DNA of 63,207 bases, the filler included, from Dugesia japonica (taxonomy: Eukaryota): NCBI GenBank assembly GCA_001938525.1. It is 6 parts of 6 records of this genome, joined end to end, with 100 filler letters (N's around TTAATTAATTAA, not from the genome) between each part and the next. Parts side by side here need not be neighbours in the genome. Positions count along the whole stretch, not along the records: positions 21,844 to 33,037 come from MQRL01646916.1; positions 33,138 to 42,400 come from MQRL01580583.1; 4 more parts are not named here. The stretch is one strand, 5' to 3'. A model generated the notes under the pieces. It did no database searches. It was not told the origin of the DNA and worked only from the letters and a program-made list of their open reading frames with translations. The first letter of the stretch is position 1. Each line of letters begins with the position of its first letter. The position numbers were made by a program, and so were the translations under genes. This document shows, piece after piece, positions 23,909-37,999 of this stretch.

Positions 23909-24839
23909 ATAAGTTTAATAGATGAGTAAATAGAGTTGTAAATTGTAAAAATTAAAAAAGTTTTAAAAATACAATGACTGTAAAAGTAGTAAATATCGAA
24001 TAAAAATACCAAATATATATATATATATAACGAAAATGAAGTTGCAAATGAAGTTACTAATTGCAAATTTGTGCTAAGTAACCTCGTTATCCGGAAGATA
24101 AAAGAAATTAGAGTCGAGATTCGAGAATCGACTAGAGATGAAATCTAATAAATTTAAATTGCTTTTAAGAAATTATTAAACACATCAACAAAACGGTATA
24201 ATGATCTAGCTAATATCAAATTATTAAACAAATTAAATGAATTATCAAAGAAGAATTAAGCGAGTTAATAGTTAGAGTTGTCAAACGCAAATAATTAATC
24301 GAATTAATAATTGATAATATATTGTTAAGCAAATCCATAATCAAATAAAGTGTCGAATTATTAAACGAGTTTACACTTTACCAAATCATGAAACTATGAA
24401 TCGACAAGGTATTATAATGATAATCAGTTTATCATTACTATTGATATAAATTATTAAGCGAACTAATAATGTTNNNNNNNNNNNNNNNNNNNNNNNNNNN
24501 NNNNNNNNNNNNNNNNTAATCGATTTAATAATTATTCATAATAAATAATCATAACAAATGATAATCTCTTTATCATTTAGTTGCAGAAATTATCAAACAA
24601 TGAATTCGTGCTATGAGAACAGGCAAGACGAAATAAATTATATGCAGAAGAGCCCTTACGAGAAGAGAGCTTAAAAAGAACCTCTTGTAGTAAAATACAA
24701 CACCATAGAGATTAAACAATCAAACAGTCTGGCCCAGAAGTGAAAATTAGAGTAAGTAACTACAAAAACCAGAAATTATTTATTAATAAAGATAATAAAT
24801 GATCAAAGAAACCAGATAGAAGACAAAAAATCAAAGCAA

Positions 24840-25505
24840 ATGAGTGCTCATGTAGTGTTTTCCTGACTGAAGAGGAAATTATCCGAACTCAGATAAGTAA
24901 AGCATGCTAACAGAAACATCATTAAAAAATCCAAACATTGGAAAAAAATGGCTATTCTTAGGGGTTGCAATAAAAACCAAGCTGTGAATACCAACAAAAG
25001 AAAGTATCAGGTGGAAGACCTCAAAACAAAGTTGAAGGCGGCTAAAGAAAAACTAAGTTGACAAAAGTCTAGTACTGACCAATTAAAGAACGCAAAAATG
25101 GAAATATTTGAGATGCAAATGGAAACGGATATCCAAAGTAAAATGATAACTGCAACCGAAGAAAATAAAAGGCTAGATGCTATAGTAGCTCGCCAAATTA
25201 TGCAGAGTTCCACCAAAAACTTACGAAAAAATATCAAGCTAAACAAACAACTCGAAGAGATTAAAGAATGGTGCAATAGAAGAGAAATGGATATCCAGAT
25301 GCAGAACAGAAAAATCAAGGATCTATCACATAAAGGAGCAAACTTAATGAGGGAGCTGCATGAAAAAGAGGAGGAAATAAGGTATCTCGAATACCTTCAA
25401 GATTCATTATATCAAACAATCAAACAGCTTCCAGACAGTTTAACAACTAGTCAGGATGATTATCATCAATCCAATCTACCCATCCATCAAACAACCGCTA
25501 TTTAA
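24840..25505 (+). pseudogene. Decayed coiled-coil ORF of unknown family
   Basis: Heptad-rich 135-aa ORF extends upstream through in-frame stops. Confidence 0.4.
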
Positions 25506-26430
25506 TGTATCTACTATGGAAAAACGTTCGTTTAAAACTTATATTATCTGACTAAAAACAAAAAACATTGAGAATTATACATATGCTTGTATTTATATAT
25601 TTTTCTTAACCTTACCTTGCTTAATCATAATTCCTTCTATCTTACTGCATGTTATTCCTATCATTATATATTATGTAAACATTCAAATTTTACCTTTTTA
25701 TATTTTTTTTGATTGATAACTGCAGACAAAGAACAAAAGAGATCAGTCCAGTTAAAATCCCCAAAGAAAATATCATAAAAATAGATTCGGTGACCGAATC
25801 TAAGTGACCCCAGAAATAATCTGTTAGGACGAAACCCAACCAGTAAATTACAAAAAAGAACACTACAAAAAACAAAATGAAAGGAAAACATAAACATAAA
25901 TAATAAAAGCTTTATTTAACAATTAAAAAATAATAAAAATATAATGTCCTCTAATTGTCGAAATATTCCCGAATTAATGCATAAATCTACCAAGAAGCAA
26001 AATTAAATGGAATACATTTATAAAAACGAAATAGGACAATTAATAAACAATTAAAATTCCCTAGAAAGATGACCTTTTTCCAGAATATCTAGAACAATAT
26101 GAGGGAAATGATTTCGAATTTTGGTCGAGAACAGCCAATGTAAAAGCAACTTAGATGAGAAATTAGTATAACAAGGCTCAAAAAAATATAAAACTTATCC
26201 TTAACAATCTTTTCATCTGGCATAACGATCTAGGATCAACAGTTGAATTACGAGAAACAATTTGGCATCCAAGTCGAAGAGCAGATCAAAAATCATAAAA
26301 AATCAATTTAAATTGGAACAAGAAAATGCTTACGAATTCCTCAATCAGATCAATAATTAAAATGCTGAATTTTTCTGAAAATACATATTAAAATTTAAAA
26401 TAAAAATTTTTATATTCCAAACTTACATCC

Positions 26431-26986
26431 TGTAATGGACATTAAAATTGAGAAACGACATTCGCCGATCAAAAGACATCATCTTGCGGTCTCATTATCC
26501 CAGACAATTTCAAATCAAAATTTTTTATTGTTATACGATCCCCGTATGAGACAGGAAATCATATTCAAATATCTAATCGCAATTATTGTACGATCACCAT
26601 TGTGAAGCAGGAATTAATCTATCATTTAGTCGAATCGCTGCACTACAGGAATCCTATAAATAGTCGACTATTCTGAACTAGCGGATAAATTAAAATTCGC
26701 AGATTTTCCTTTAACTATGAATTTTTGTCGAAGCAATTAGATCTATTTGTTGCCACAATCAAAGTCAATTATCCAGTATCCAGTTGGATCAAATTTCTTT
26801 TCAAGTCCAACCGTAGTTATCGATCAAGTATGCTGTATCTTTATTTTATTATTTAATTATTTGTATTCCTATGTCGTTAATTAATTAATTATATGTTTTC
26901 ATACAATACAGACTTGAGTTTAAAATTTTGTTTTAAAATTTTTGTCTCACAAATAAAACTTTATAGAATTAATAAGATTATTTACA
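26431..26986 (+). repeat. Possible solo LTR
   Basis: TGTAA...TTACA ends, internal TATAAAT (~26655) and AATAAA (~26952); no target-site duplication found. Confidence 0.3.
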
Positions 26987-27196
26987 TTACTAGTTTTAGG
27001 ATTATCGGTTTACTAGCCATCAAGATTGCTATTGCTGTTTTATTATTATCTACTATCATTATTATATAATTAATATCATTGTTATCACCTCAATGGAAAT
27101 CATCGGCATTATTTACTCTNNNNNNNNNNNNNNNNNNNNNNNNNNNNNNNNNNNNNNNNNNNNNNNNNNNNNNNNNNNNNNNNNNNNNNNNNNNNN

Positions 27197-27210
27197 TATT
27201 ATTATTATTA

Positions 27211-27263
<53 letters not shown>
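27197..27263. repeat. (ATT)n microsatellite
   Basis: Direct inspection. Confidence 0.95.
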
Positions 27264-30231
27264 GATAATATTTGCAGGTTACTGTTTTTATGATTGTTGG
27301 AAGATTTTTTATAATGAAAATTTTACTATTATTGATTATAGAAATTATTTTCAGTGATTTTCCGTAACTGACTGAAATTAGAGAGAAAAATATTAAATAT
27401 AATTTATATGCTTGTTTGTTTTTTTTTTAATATTTTATTTGAAAATGTTTAATTAAACGTTATTGATTTTGTTTTATTAATTTTTTGTAAAATTTATTTA
27501 TTTTTTCATATGGAAAATTGATTAATTAGTAATATGATTATAAATTCATTTTTCTTTGATTTTATCTGTTTATTTTAGAAAAATATTGACATAAAGATTA
27601 AATATTTTCGGCGATTTTTTTTATTTAACGAATTTATTTTTAAAAAGTAATTTTAATGTAATTTTTATTCCTATTACTTTATAATATATATGCAATAATT
27701 AAATTGTTTAAAAATATGTTTCGGTTGATTGTTCATTTGCTTTTATCAGTACTAGATGCGATATCAAATCTATATCCTAATATACTTAATTAATAGGAAT
27801 TAACTTTTATATTTTGTTCATTCTTTTGATGTATCAATTAATTTAGCTTACAAATTACATTTTTAAAAAATTTATATTTTTTTCTTTTTTATCTTTTCAA
27901 AGGCATTTGAATAAGCTAAAGGATTTAGATACTTTGTGAAATGGGGAATCCAGTGCTCCGCAACGTCCTTCCACGTTGAATTATTTGAATAAGAGTAACA
28001 TTTAGTCAGAGTAATATATCCCGATTATAAGAAGCTTTATGTTCCAGTCAAATAAAATGTCAAAACATTAAACTCCTATCAGAGAAAGTCATGGAAGAAC
28101 AGATAAAAACCGACAAAAAGTTGTTAGAAATAATTAAGCATAGAGAAGCATTTTACAAACAACTAACGAAACAGCAAAAGAACAGGAAAAAATACTAATA
28201 AATCCTATTGAACTAATAATTGAAGAAAGAGAAAATAAATTAAATGAATTAATTAATAAAAGAAACACGACAAACTTAAATTAATTTCAGATCAGAAAAC
28301 GAAAAAATGAACATCAAATTATTAATTAAGAAATAAAATAAATAATTTATTTAAATAAAATAAATCCTTCAAATCAAAATTATTTATTAAAAAAATTAAA
28401 TTTATATGATAAAATGGCAAAAAATGAAAACTTCCCATGTTGAAAAGATTAGCAATTAAAAAAATTATGGTCAAGAAAAAATCGGAGATTTCAAAAATTT
28501 AAGTTAAAATAGTAAGACTAAGAAGATATAGGGGTTTTAAGATTAACCAATTGAGTTCCAGTAATTTTGGAATTCCAAAATTTGAGTCAATAAGAACTCA
28601 GGTGACAATCAAGCCAATAGGAACGTTAGAAAAATTGTACGATGCCCAGATATCAATAAGAAGAACAGGGGTGTAAAGAGAAACTATTATAAATACCGTT
28701 TCAATTTCGACGAAACTAACTGAAAATTAAATCAAAACGCTAGTAAAAGTTCATCGAAAAATTCCTGAAGTAAAACTTGAACAAAACTCAAACATAAAAT
28801 TAAATACTTGAAGGTAAACACTCATTAACGATTTTCGACTAAAAATGTTCTACAGAATATGGTCAAAGTATTATCAATCAGGTGATTCCGATGTGCTTGC
28901 TCCAGATAGAGATGCAGTCCATGTTAGTTTTTTGTTTGATTGATGTAATTTTAATTTAATGTGTAAGTGATGTAACAGTATTATAATTTTCAATAACCAC
29001 ATTTCTTTTATTTATTGATAAGGTGAACTTTCACCAGTATTAAAGCTAAAAAAAACTTACCTTTTGGTAACTAAGTAAAATAATCAATTAAAAAAACGTT
29101 CATACTAGGAGCAGCTAACTAGCGTACTATGGTTCTTCACTCATGATAAATTAAAATAAAGATTTTTCAATTAAAGTAACTTCTCATTTCAAGTACGCAG
29201 TGCTTCCCATGGAGTGTTGTTGACTCGAAATAATGAAATTTGGCAGGAACGGGTGAGATTAATTAATAACGGACTTAGTGATAAATCGTGCTGATATAGT
29301 TTACAGATTATTAGCAATATTTAATTAACTACAAGATGATGATTTTTCCGTTATAAAATCAGTGCGTCAGGATAATAATAAGCTCACATAGCACTTAACA
29401 TTCACTTATGACTTTTATAGTTAACATTAATAATCATCACCTTAACTACTCGAGCATTCATCAAATTTTAATTTCTATTAATAGTTATCATATTTCTCTA
29501 TATAATATTTGACAACGCTGATTAATTTTCTTTGATGATGAAATTTTATAATAATCTTTATTTTTTTTGATTTCATGATTTTGTTACTTCTATAACAATA
29601 ATATAATTATAAATAAATCTCCACATTTCTTATTTCAAGCCTTCGTGTTCCAATTCAACATGATAAAATTTGATATTAATAAGTAATTATTTTTCGACAA
29701 ATAATTAAAAGAGGATAATATGATATTTTTGAATAATTACATTTTAGTTTAATAGTAATTTCAAAGTGAATACCTATTTAAAGTACTCAACGCATGAGAG
29801 ACCCCTTCACCATTCGATACGCAACAGAACAAAAATTTACAAACATTTAGAAAAATTCTTTTTAACTACAAAAATTTATTTAGTAAATACGTTTTGAACA
29901 AAAAAAATTTTTAACAGGCAACGATCAAAATTCAAGTTCTTCTATTTTCAATATTTCGACCCACCCTTCTTCAAGAACTATTCAATTTGTCATTAAAAAT
30001 CCAATCAAACTATCTTCTTTATTATCTTTGACTAATCAAAAGCAAATGTTACGAATTTCATAAACACACAGTCGCATGCAGTCATTTTGATAAAATCCAC
30101 CAATACTTTTAGAGATCGAAGATCTTTTTAATAACAAATATCCAAATCATTCAATAAAATTTCAATTTCCACACTTTTCTTTTATCAAAAGAAACCCAAA
30201 CATACAGAAAAAAAAATCACCAAATTTATTA

Positions 30232-31921
30232 TCAATTCAAATCAGATGTTAAAATTTCCAAATTTTTCGGAGCGGGTTTAATAATGATATCAAAGTGTTT
30301 TGCTAACGCTTTCAAAGCATCCATNNNNNNNNNNNNNNNNNNNNNNNNNNNNNNNNNNNNNNNNNNNNNNNNNNNNNNNNNNNNNNNNNNNNNNNNNNNN
30401 NNNNNNTTATTGATAAATTTCTTATTGTTCAAATCGACCGGCACATCATAATTAATAACAAGATTCACTGTGTGCACATCAATACCTCTTGCCCAAACAT
30501 CTGTACAGATCAATACTCGAGTTTCCATTGATCGGAATTGTTGCATTAATCGTTCTCTTTCTTTTTGTTCGATTTTCCCATGAACACACGAAACAGTGAA
30601 TCCGTCACCACGCATTTTCTCAGTTAACCAATCAACTTTCTGTCGAGTATTAACAAATATAATCGTCTGATGAATTGTATTGTTTGCATAAAGATCTGAT
30701 AATGTACTGAATTTGTTTTCTTCATTTTGAACATTAATATAATATTGCTTCAATGTTTTCACTGATAAATCTTTGTTTTTAACTAATATTTTTACGGCAT
30801 CAGTTTGGAAATTTTCAGTTAAATCCAAACAAGCTTTCGGTAATGTAGCACTGACTATGACTACTTGGATTGCTTGAGAAATTCGACGGTATATTGCTTC
30901 CAATTGTTGATTTAAACCTTGTGCCATCATTTCATCGGCTTCGTCGATTATTAGCATAGTCAAATGTTCAGTATTCAAATGACCATGTTTAATCATATCT
31001 GAATATGAAAATATACAAAAGTAAAATTTACCATATCANNNNNNNNNNNNNNNNNNNNNNNNNNNNNNNCTTATTTATCAAGATTAATTTAACAGTAAAA
31101 TATTTATTAATTAAAAATGGGAAATCAATATATTAATTCATGTCAAATTTATTATACTACTTTTATACATAAATAGACTATGTATAATACTTGATTTATT
31201 ATGAAAAAAATTTTTAAATGTCATGAAAATTACAAAATGAATATAGTTAAAAATTTCATATATTGCGAATATTTTAAGAAATATTGGGTATTAAAATCTT
31301 AATTAAACTCAATCAATAAAAAGTATGTGACATTATAACAATTTCAGAACAAAGATTAGCATACCAATAACTCGCCCCGGAGTTCCTACTACTACATGTT
31401 GACCTTCTTTTAATTTTTTTGTTAAAAGTCCAACTTCTTTCCCGGTAGTTCCACCATAACAAGCCGTTCCTTTTACATTCATAAAGTCACTAAGAGAATC
31501 AAAAACTGTACATATTTGTTGTGCTAATTCTCGAGTTGGAGCTAAAACNAAGGCTTGTGTATGCGGTGCATCAGATTTATTGGATAAATCCAGGCTTTGT
31601 AATATACCAATACAAAATGTTGCGGTTTTACCTGATCCTGATTTTGCTCTACATTATGTTAACAAACCACCAATTAATTAAACTCTTACTGAATTACTAC
31701 ATCATCACCGTCAATTATTGGCATAATTCCTTTTTGTTGAATGGGAGATGGATCGATAAAACCTGTTAAAAAAATTATTTCGTTAGATGTTTAAAGCAAA
31801 GCAAACCATGGTTTGTAATGCCTTTTAGTAATTCAGGTAATAATCCCATTGACTTGAATGTGGAATAACTTTTAATGTTATCTTGCTTATTAATAACTGA
31901 TTTCTTTTTAACATTGTTCAT
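30232..31921 (-). CDS. eIF4A3: eIF4A-family DEAD-box RNA helicase, most like eIF4AIII; exons 31921-31807, 31762-31690, 31648-31365, 30998-30232
   Basis: Q motif, [50 protein letters not shown] introns of 44 and 41 bp restore the frame; motif VI falls in a gap. Paralog assignment rests on the VWARG signature. Confidence 0.85.
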
Positions 31922-32673
31922 AGTGCTCAAAAACTATAAAATTAATATTATTTAAACAAAAAATCAACGAATATAATTTAGACAATATCTAAGAGCAAAA
32001 ATTGGCTTTTAAAAACATTATAAACGATCTAAACAATATAAATGAAAATATTATTTAAGTGTTTTTGAAAAAATATATATATATATTTAAGTATTATCAT
32101 AATTTGTATTTAAAAAATTATTAATCATACATTAAAAATTTTTATTGCAATTACTTTCAGGTAATTCATTTCACTATAATCTTTGTGGTATTATTTACTG
32201 TATAAATTTCATTTAAAACCACTAGGTTCATGCAATCTCATCGATATAACATTTTATGTCAAATCTTGNTCATATTTTTATTTAAATAATAAAAATATTT
32301 AAAATTTCCTTTCTATGTAAAAATTGGAATATAAATAATAATAATTCGAAAATTCTTGATTTTAATGTTTTCATTAAAATTTTGTGCAACTTCAATATTT
32401 TAAATTAAAACATTAGTTTTAATAATTGTTATATTTAAATTTTTTAAACAGCAAAAATATAATATTATAGCGTAATATTAATCTTAAGTTATGAAATAAT
32501 TTGTGTAATTAATTATATCGTAATTTAAGTATTATAATAATTACAAATTTTGACAATATAAATAGAAAAAAAATTGTAACGTAAATATATTTGAACTTTT
32601 AATATTATATTTAAATTGTAATACTAAAAGTATTTAATTTTTTAGTTGCATTTTTATTTGATATTAAATTGAG

Positions 32674-33037
32674 ATGTTTGCGTCAACAATGAAATCTTTT
32701 AATTATTGGCCTCGATATGTTGCTAGAGTATTAGAAATCAATGCTGTTTATCGAGGGCCATATATGGATTGGAAAGTCGAATCTAAATATGAAGATTCTC
32801 CAACTGCTAAAGATTATGAAGTAGAATATCTTATTTTCCATTTTTAAATCTCACAATTTAATAGCAAAGTGAAAAACGAAATTATCCTCTTTGGGAATAT
32901 TCAGAGCAATACCCATGGAATATGGCAAATAGATTATCTTCATTTCCATATTCAAATATATTTTGGACTATTAAATATCCTGACGGTCGAAAAGTTAAGT
33001 CTAAATTATCATTTAGCAATGAAAATGATGCGTACAT
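32674..33037 (+). CDS. 5' part of an unknown host gene (exons 32674-32820 and 32865-33037)
   Basis: ATG-initiated exon, 44-bp GT-AG intron, then a frame open to the scaffold end (QSEKRNYPLWEYSEQYPWNMANRL...); head-to-head with the helicase gene. Confidence 0.65.
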
Positions 33038-33818
33038 NNNNNNNNNNNNNNNNNNNNNNNNNNNNNNNNNNNNNNNNNNNNTTAATTAATTAANNNNNNN
33101 NNNNNNNNNNNNNNNNNNNNNNNNNNNNNNNNNNNNNTTGAATTTGTGTTTAACCTTGTGTAAAATATAATCTTTGTATGCAATGCAATTCAAATTCCTG
33201 ATTTTAACATGTAATAATATTAATGAATTTTTAAAGAAAACGAGAGCCGTATAGAAAGAAATTGGACCTAAGACGGGATACAGCATAGTCCCGCTGAATC
33301 CGGGAAAAGGGGGATCGTGTTACTNNNNNNNNNNNNNNNNNNNNNNNNNNNNNNNNNNNNNNNNNNNNNNNNNNNNNNNNNNNNNNNNNNNNNNNNNNNN
33401 TTCTGATTCAGTGAAGGAAATTAAAAGCAGTAAAGTCAAATATTAAAACAACATCAAAAGCCTAGCAACCCAACATTAGTATCATTAATTTTATTATTAG
33501 CCCTGTTGGTGTTGTCATTAGGCTAAAGTCATCATTCTTAACGTTATGATTTCCGTCATTACTACAGCGAATATGGGCACTATGATTTTATCTAGTACTC
33601 ATAAAATGTTGAATAATATCGTCAAGGTCCCTATTTTTTGTCTACTCTACTCCCTGATCATGTGCTCATAATTCCGAAGACACTGTTCATAAAATTATAT
33701 ATAGAACCCGCCAGTGTCTTAATACCAAAGGGTGTCGTCATTAATAATCATTCCCTTTTAGATGGTTCCGGAGAACCGAATCATGAATTAAATTTATACC
33801 TATTTATTTATCTTCTAG

Positions 33819-35557
33819 CTAATGCCGGCAAAATTGCGAAATGTCCTGAGATTGATAAGGAAGCAACGCCAGACCACTCGGCTGAAGCAACTGATAGCCC
33901 ATTTCTTGACTCGGGGTAAAATTGAACATCCCGACGAAACAGATCTGCAGTGTTTCGTTGAGATGTTCCCCCTAGAGAGAGAAGCAGGTTTGGATGAAGA
34001 ATGATAAAAGGAATTGTGTGTTGTGTTAAGTGGGGCAGAATAAATCTTATATGCTATGTCTTTTCATTTCGTAAAAAATTTTTTAAATATTGCTTATTTA
34101 ATTAGATGGAATATAAATGGGAGGTGAGTCTCGACATTAATTCAGGACGCAAAGTGTTTAAAAAAATATCAAAACCCATACGACCGTGACGCAGGAGTTT
34201 TGGTAGAAAGATCGAACTTGCCGATTGACCATGCCATAACAGAGAGACACTGGGATGCAACCGAGAGACAAGCATACTACGACTGGACCGGACTTAAAAG
34301 AGACCGAGTTGCTTTTCCCCCGGCGCCGCTTTCTTTTGAGAGAGATCTAGAAACACCACAAGTAGAACNTATGTGGCATGATGGACCTTCTTTAATAGGC
34401 ATCACTACTAGTAGCCTGCCCTCAGGAACACAACTGACATCATTCGTTCAGAACTATTTATGGAGCGCCTGTAATGATATGTCTAGCAATAACAACGAAA
34501 ACGCCGAGGAGGAAACCTCAAATGTGTTAGTGTAACCTGGCTAATTAAAAACAAAGATTGAGTTAGAAATTTGTTTTTCTCTGTTTTTTTATTATTTGAT
34601 TTGTTAAGACCCCATACTGCTTTTGCTGTTTGAACCATAGACAGTCTTATTTAGATTACATTATTTTATTGTATTTATGTTATAGTGCATTCATCATTAA
34701 ACCGGCCATCGGCCCCTAATAAGTAGATGAGAGACTCCAGCGAGGACATCGAAATGTCCTGGGAGTAATATCGGCTGGCAAAACGTCATTTCGAAGCTGA
34801 GATATCCACTGCGAACGCCGAAGTGAAGCGTTATAGGAATAAATGCGTTAACGTACGCAAAGAGATGAAAGCTGCAAACGACCAAGAAAGAATTTGGAAA
34901 TCTTAGGTAGAGTCGTTCGCCGAGATCATCCGGTCCAGCCATGACCGTGAAAATAAGCTGGTCAAGGATATCCTGCATCCTAAGGAAAAATCCTACCTCG
35001 AACCTCTCATGGTTGATAAGAGCACTCAGACAAAATCCATACAGCGTGACTAACTTTCTGTTTCTGTAAATAAAAATTTGAGTGTGTTAATCTTTGCCTT
35101 AGAGTGTATCACCTAAATTTTGATTAGACGAGTTTGATATAGATAATACTAATTATTTCTTCCCTATTATTAATGCTTAATTATTTAGTGCCACGAATTG
35201 TATTTCCAACGAGTTTACGGAGGTGTCATCGGATTATGCGTCGCTTGTTGTTAGAACGACATTTAAAACGTAAGACCGAACGGGCTCTTCTAAGACATCT
35301 CACCCAGCGGGATTGATTAATAAAGAAATTAGATTTAGTGGTTAAAAAACAGAATGATTTGGCTGCACAAACCAGGGCTCTTGAAGCACAAAACAAACAG
35401 TTGTTACAACGAAAAGTAGATTTCTTAAAACAATATATAGCCGACCTGTCAAGTCAAATGGGAAATCCTGCTTGGGTACAGTAGGATGACAGCGATGACA
35501 TAGCCGCGTTTGACTTTTTGGAGACAGACCCAGACCAGTGGTTAGATCCTGGTGTAT
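33819..35557 (+). pseudogene. Array of short unknown ORFs (copy B of the family at 1-725)
   Basis: 34686: HSSLNRPSAPNK*MRDSSEDIEMSWE*YRLAKRHFEAE...RIWKS*VESFAEIIRSSHDRENKLV; 35189: PRIVFPTSLRRCHRIMRRLLLERHLKRKTERALLRHL; further ORFs at 33822 and 34106-34535. Confidence 0.7.
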
Positions 35558-35964
35558 NNNNNNNNNNNNNNNNNNNNNNNNNNNNNNNNNNNNNNNNNNN
35601 NNNNNNNTAGATCCTGGTGTATTGGAAGACCTATAATTTGTAATGTTAATAGATGTTTTTTGATAACTTTTGGCTACTTTTAGATCTATGTCTATAAAGG
35701 AAATTAATGAACCCAAATTAAAGGTGTACGAATGTGAACCTCCCGTAAAGGTTGAAAGTCAACCGCTCTGCAATAAATATCCAACTGAGGGGCATTGGAT
35801 TTAAATTCTTGAATAGGTCTCCCTGAGGGCTGTTTTTCCCAACCTTTGTTTTTATTACCAACTCAGGTGGGACCCCAACAGATTTAGTAAAAAGATTATT
35901 TACAAATAAAGATTTTGCTAAGGGAAAAATGGTAGCAAAGATGCTAGTATATTGTTCAGATANC

Positions 35965-37999
35965 AAAAAAGTTGAAGAAGAAGTGATGTTGCGGAAACGA
36001 GAGAATATAGAAGAAATTGAAGAAATAATGACGTTAGTAGATCGATTAGAGAAAAACAGAAATTGAGTTGATGCAGTTAGAAGTTACGCGAGGGTTACAA
36101 ATCGAAATTATCAGAAACTTTTAAATCATAGACAAGTGGAGCAAAGTAAGGAAAAATAAAATATCCAATGTTGATCATGTCATAAGATCGGTAATATTAA
36201 AGCAAATTGTCCTACAAAAAAGTGGTAGAATTCTGGAATTGTCATAAAACAGGACATAGAAGTCGAGATTGTCCAAATAAAAAACCAACAAAATGTTTTG
36301 GTTGTGGAAAGATTGGCCATATTAGAAAGTCATGTCAAGAAGTGAGGTGTAAACGATGTGTTCATGGTGGACATAGAGCAGAAGAGTGCTACACAAATTT
36401 AAAAATAAAAAGAAGAAGTGAGAAATTTATGACTGCAGAAAGATCAAGAAACCGATATAATCGAATACATGCGATTGAAGATGAAGATGTCAGTACAAAC
36501 GATGGATATGAGGAAGTATATGAAAGTGATGCCAAAAGGCAGTACCCAAAAGGCATGGCTCCACTAGTAGAGGAGTTGGTTGGAGCCACCCATTGTTAAA
36601 TGAAGTGAGTAATTATCCTCAAGGAGTCGAAAAGTGGGATGATATAAGAAAAGTTACAGAAAANNNNNNNNNNNNNNNNNNNNNNNNNNNNNNNNNNNNN
36701 NNNNNNNNNNNNNCCTCAAGGAGTCGAAAAGTGGGATGATATAAGAAAAGTTACAGAAAAAGTATACAGGTTCTTAAAGAGGAAAAAGTTTGTGGATGAT
36801 AGAAAAGTATAATGGGTTGGAACAGTATAAGCAGAAAAGAAAACAAATATTTCGTACCATAAATTGCAAGGCAGACCAAGTGTTACGGTATTAATTCAAG
36901 GAAATAAAGTAGAATGTCTATTAGATATGAGGGCTCGAATTAAAGTAATGAGTTTGAGTTGTTTTAATAAAGTACGAGAAGTAAATTTAGAAATGAGTTA
37001 TGAAAGATTGCGTTGTGCAAATAATAGTACACTTGAAATCGTTGGGAAAGTTAGAACTCGAGTGATAATTGATGACATTTGCAAAGAGATTACTTTCTTA
37101 GTTGCTGAAAGAGTAACACCTGATCTGATAGGAGGAATAAATATGCAGAAGATTTTTAGATACCAGCTTATGCGAAAAGTCGATAGCAAAAGGAATGAAA
37201 AAGTCGAAAATTGCATTTGCAATATTGAAGCGAAATTTGGAAGACAAATTAAAAAAGGAGAGCGATTGAAAAGAGCCTTAAATATTTTGAAGATTAAAAA
37301 GGATCAACGGTTATTGAAAATAATTGGAAGTAAAGAATATGCTTTTATGACGGATAAATGGGATGTAGGACGCACACATCTGAAAAGACACAAAATAATC
37401 ACAAGTGGTGAACCAATCAATGTCTAAAATTGAAGAACCTATCTAAAACCTTTTCGAGAATAATATTATCCGGAAATGCAACTCTCCATGAAATACCCCA
37501 CTGATCTGTGTTTGGTAAAAGGAAAATAAAGACATAAGAATATGTTTGGATTTCAGACAATGCAGTAACAAAAAGACAAGCCTTTCCGATGCCTAATGTC
37601 GATGAAATGCTGGACAAGTTAGATGGAGCCAAATATTTCAGTTCAATAGATTTGGGAAATGCATACTATTAGCTAGAGCTCGCAGAAAATTCTCAAGAAA
37701 AAACGGCGTTTTCAACAAACCATGGACAATATTTTTTAAATGGAATTCCATTTAGCATGGTTGCGGCACCAAAGACATTTCAAGCGATGATGGCGAAAGT
37801 GATATGCGGAATCAGTGGAGCCCTGGTTTATCTTGATGACATCCTGATATTTACGAACAATAAAGATCAACACTATGAAGTAATTGAAAGAGCATTGACA
37901 GGAATAATGAAGGCTGGTCTAAGAAATAATCCGGAAAAGTCTCAGTTTCTTCAAAGCGAAATCAAGTTTCTTGGACACATAATTAGCAGGGATGGTGTT
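35965..37999 (+). mobile_element. Ty3/Gypsy gag (multiple CCHC knuckles), protease and RT, decayed
   Basis: CHKTGHRSRDC, CFGCGKIGHIRKSC, CKRCVHGGHRAEEC; protease LLDMRA; RT YLDDILI and FLGHIIS. Confidence 0.93.

Noticed and set aside
27079-27357. Poly-Leu and poly-Ile ORFs, and the poly-Asn ORF at 60238-60519
   Set aside because: Translations of (ATT)n microsatellites and N gaps.
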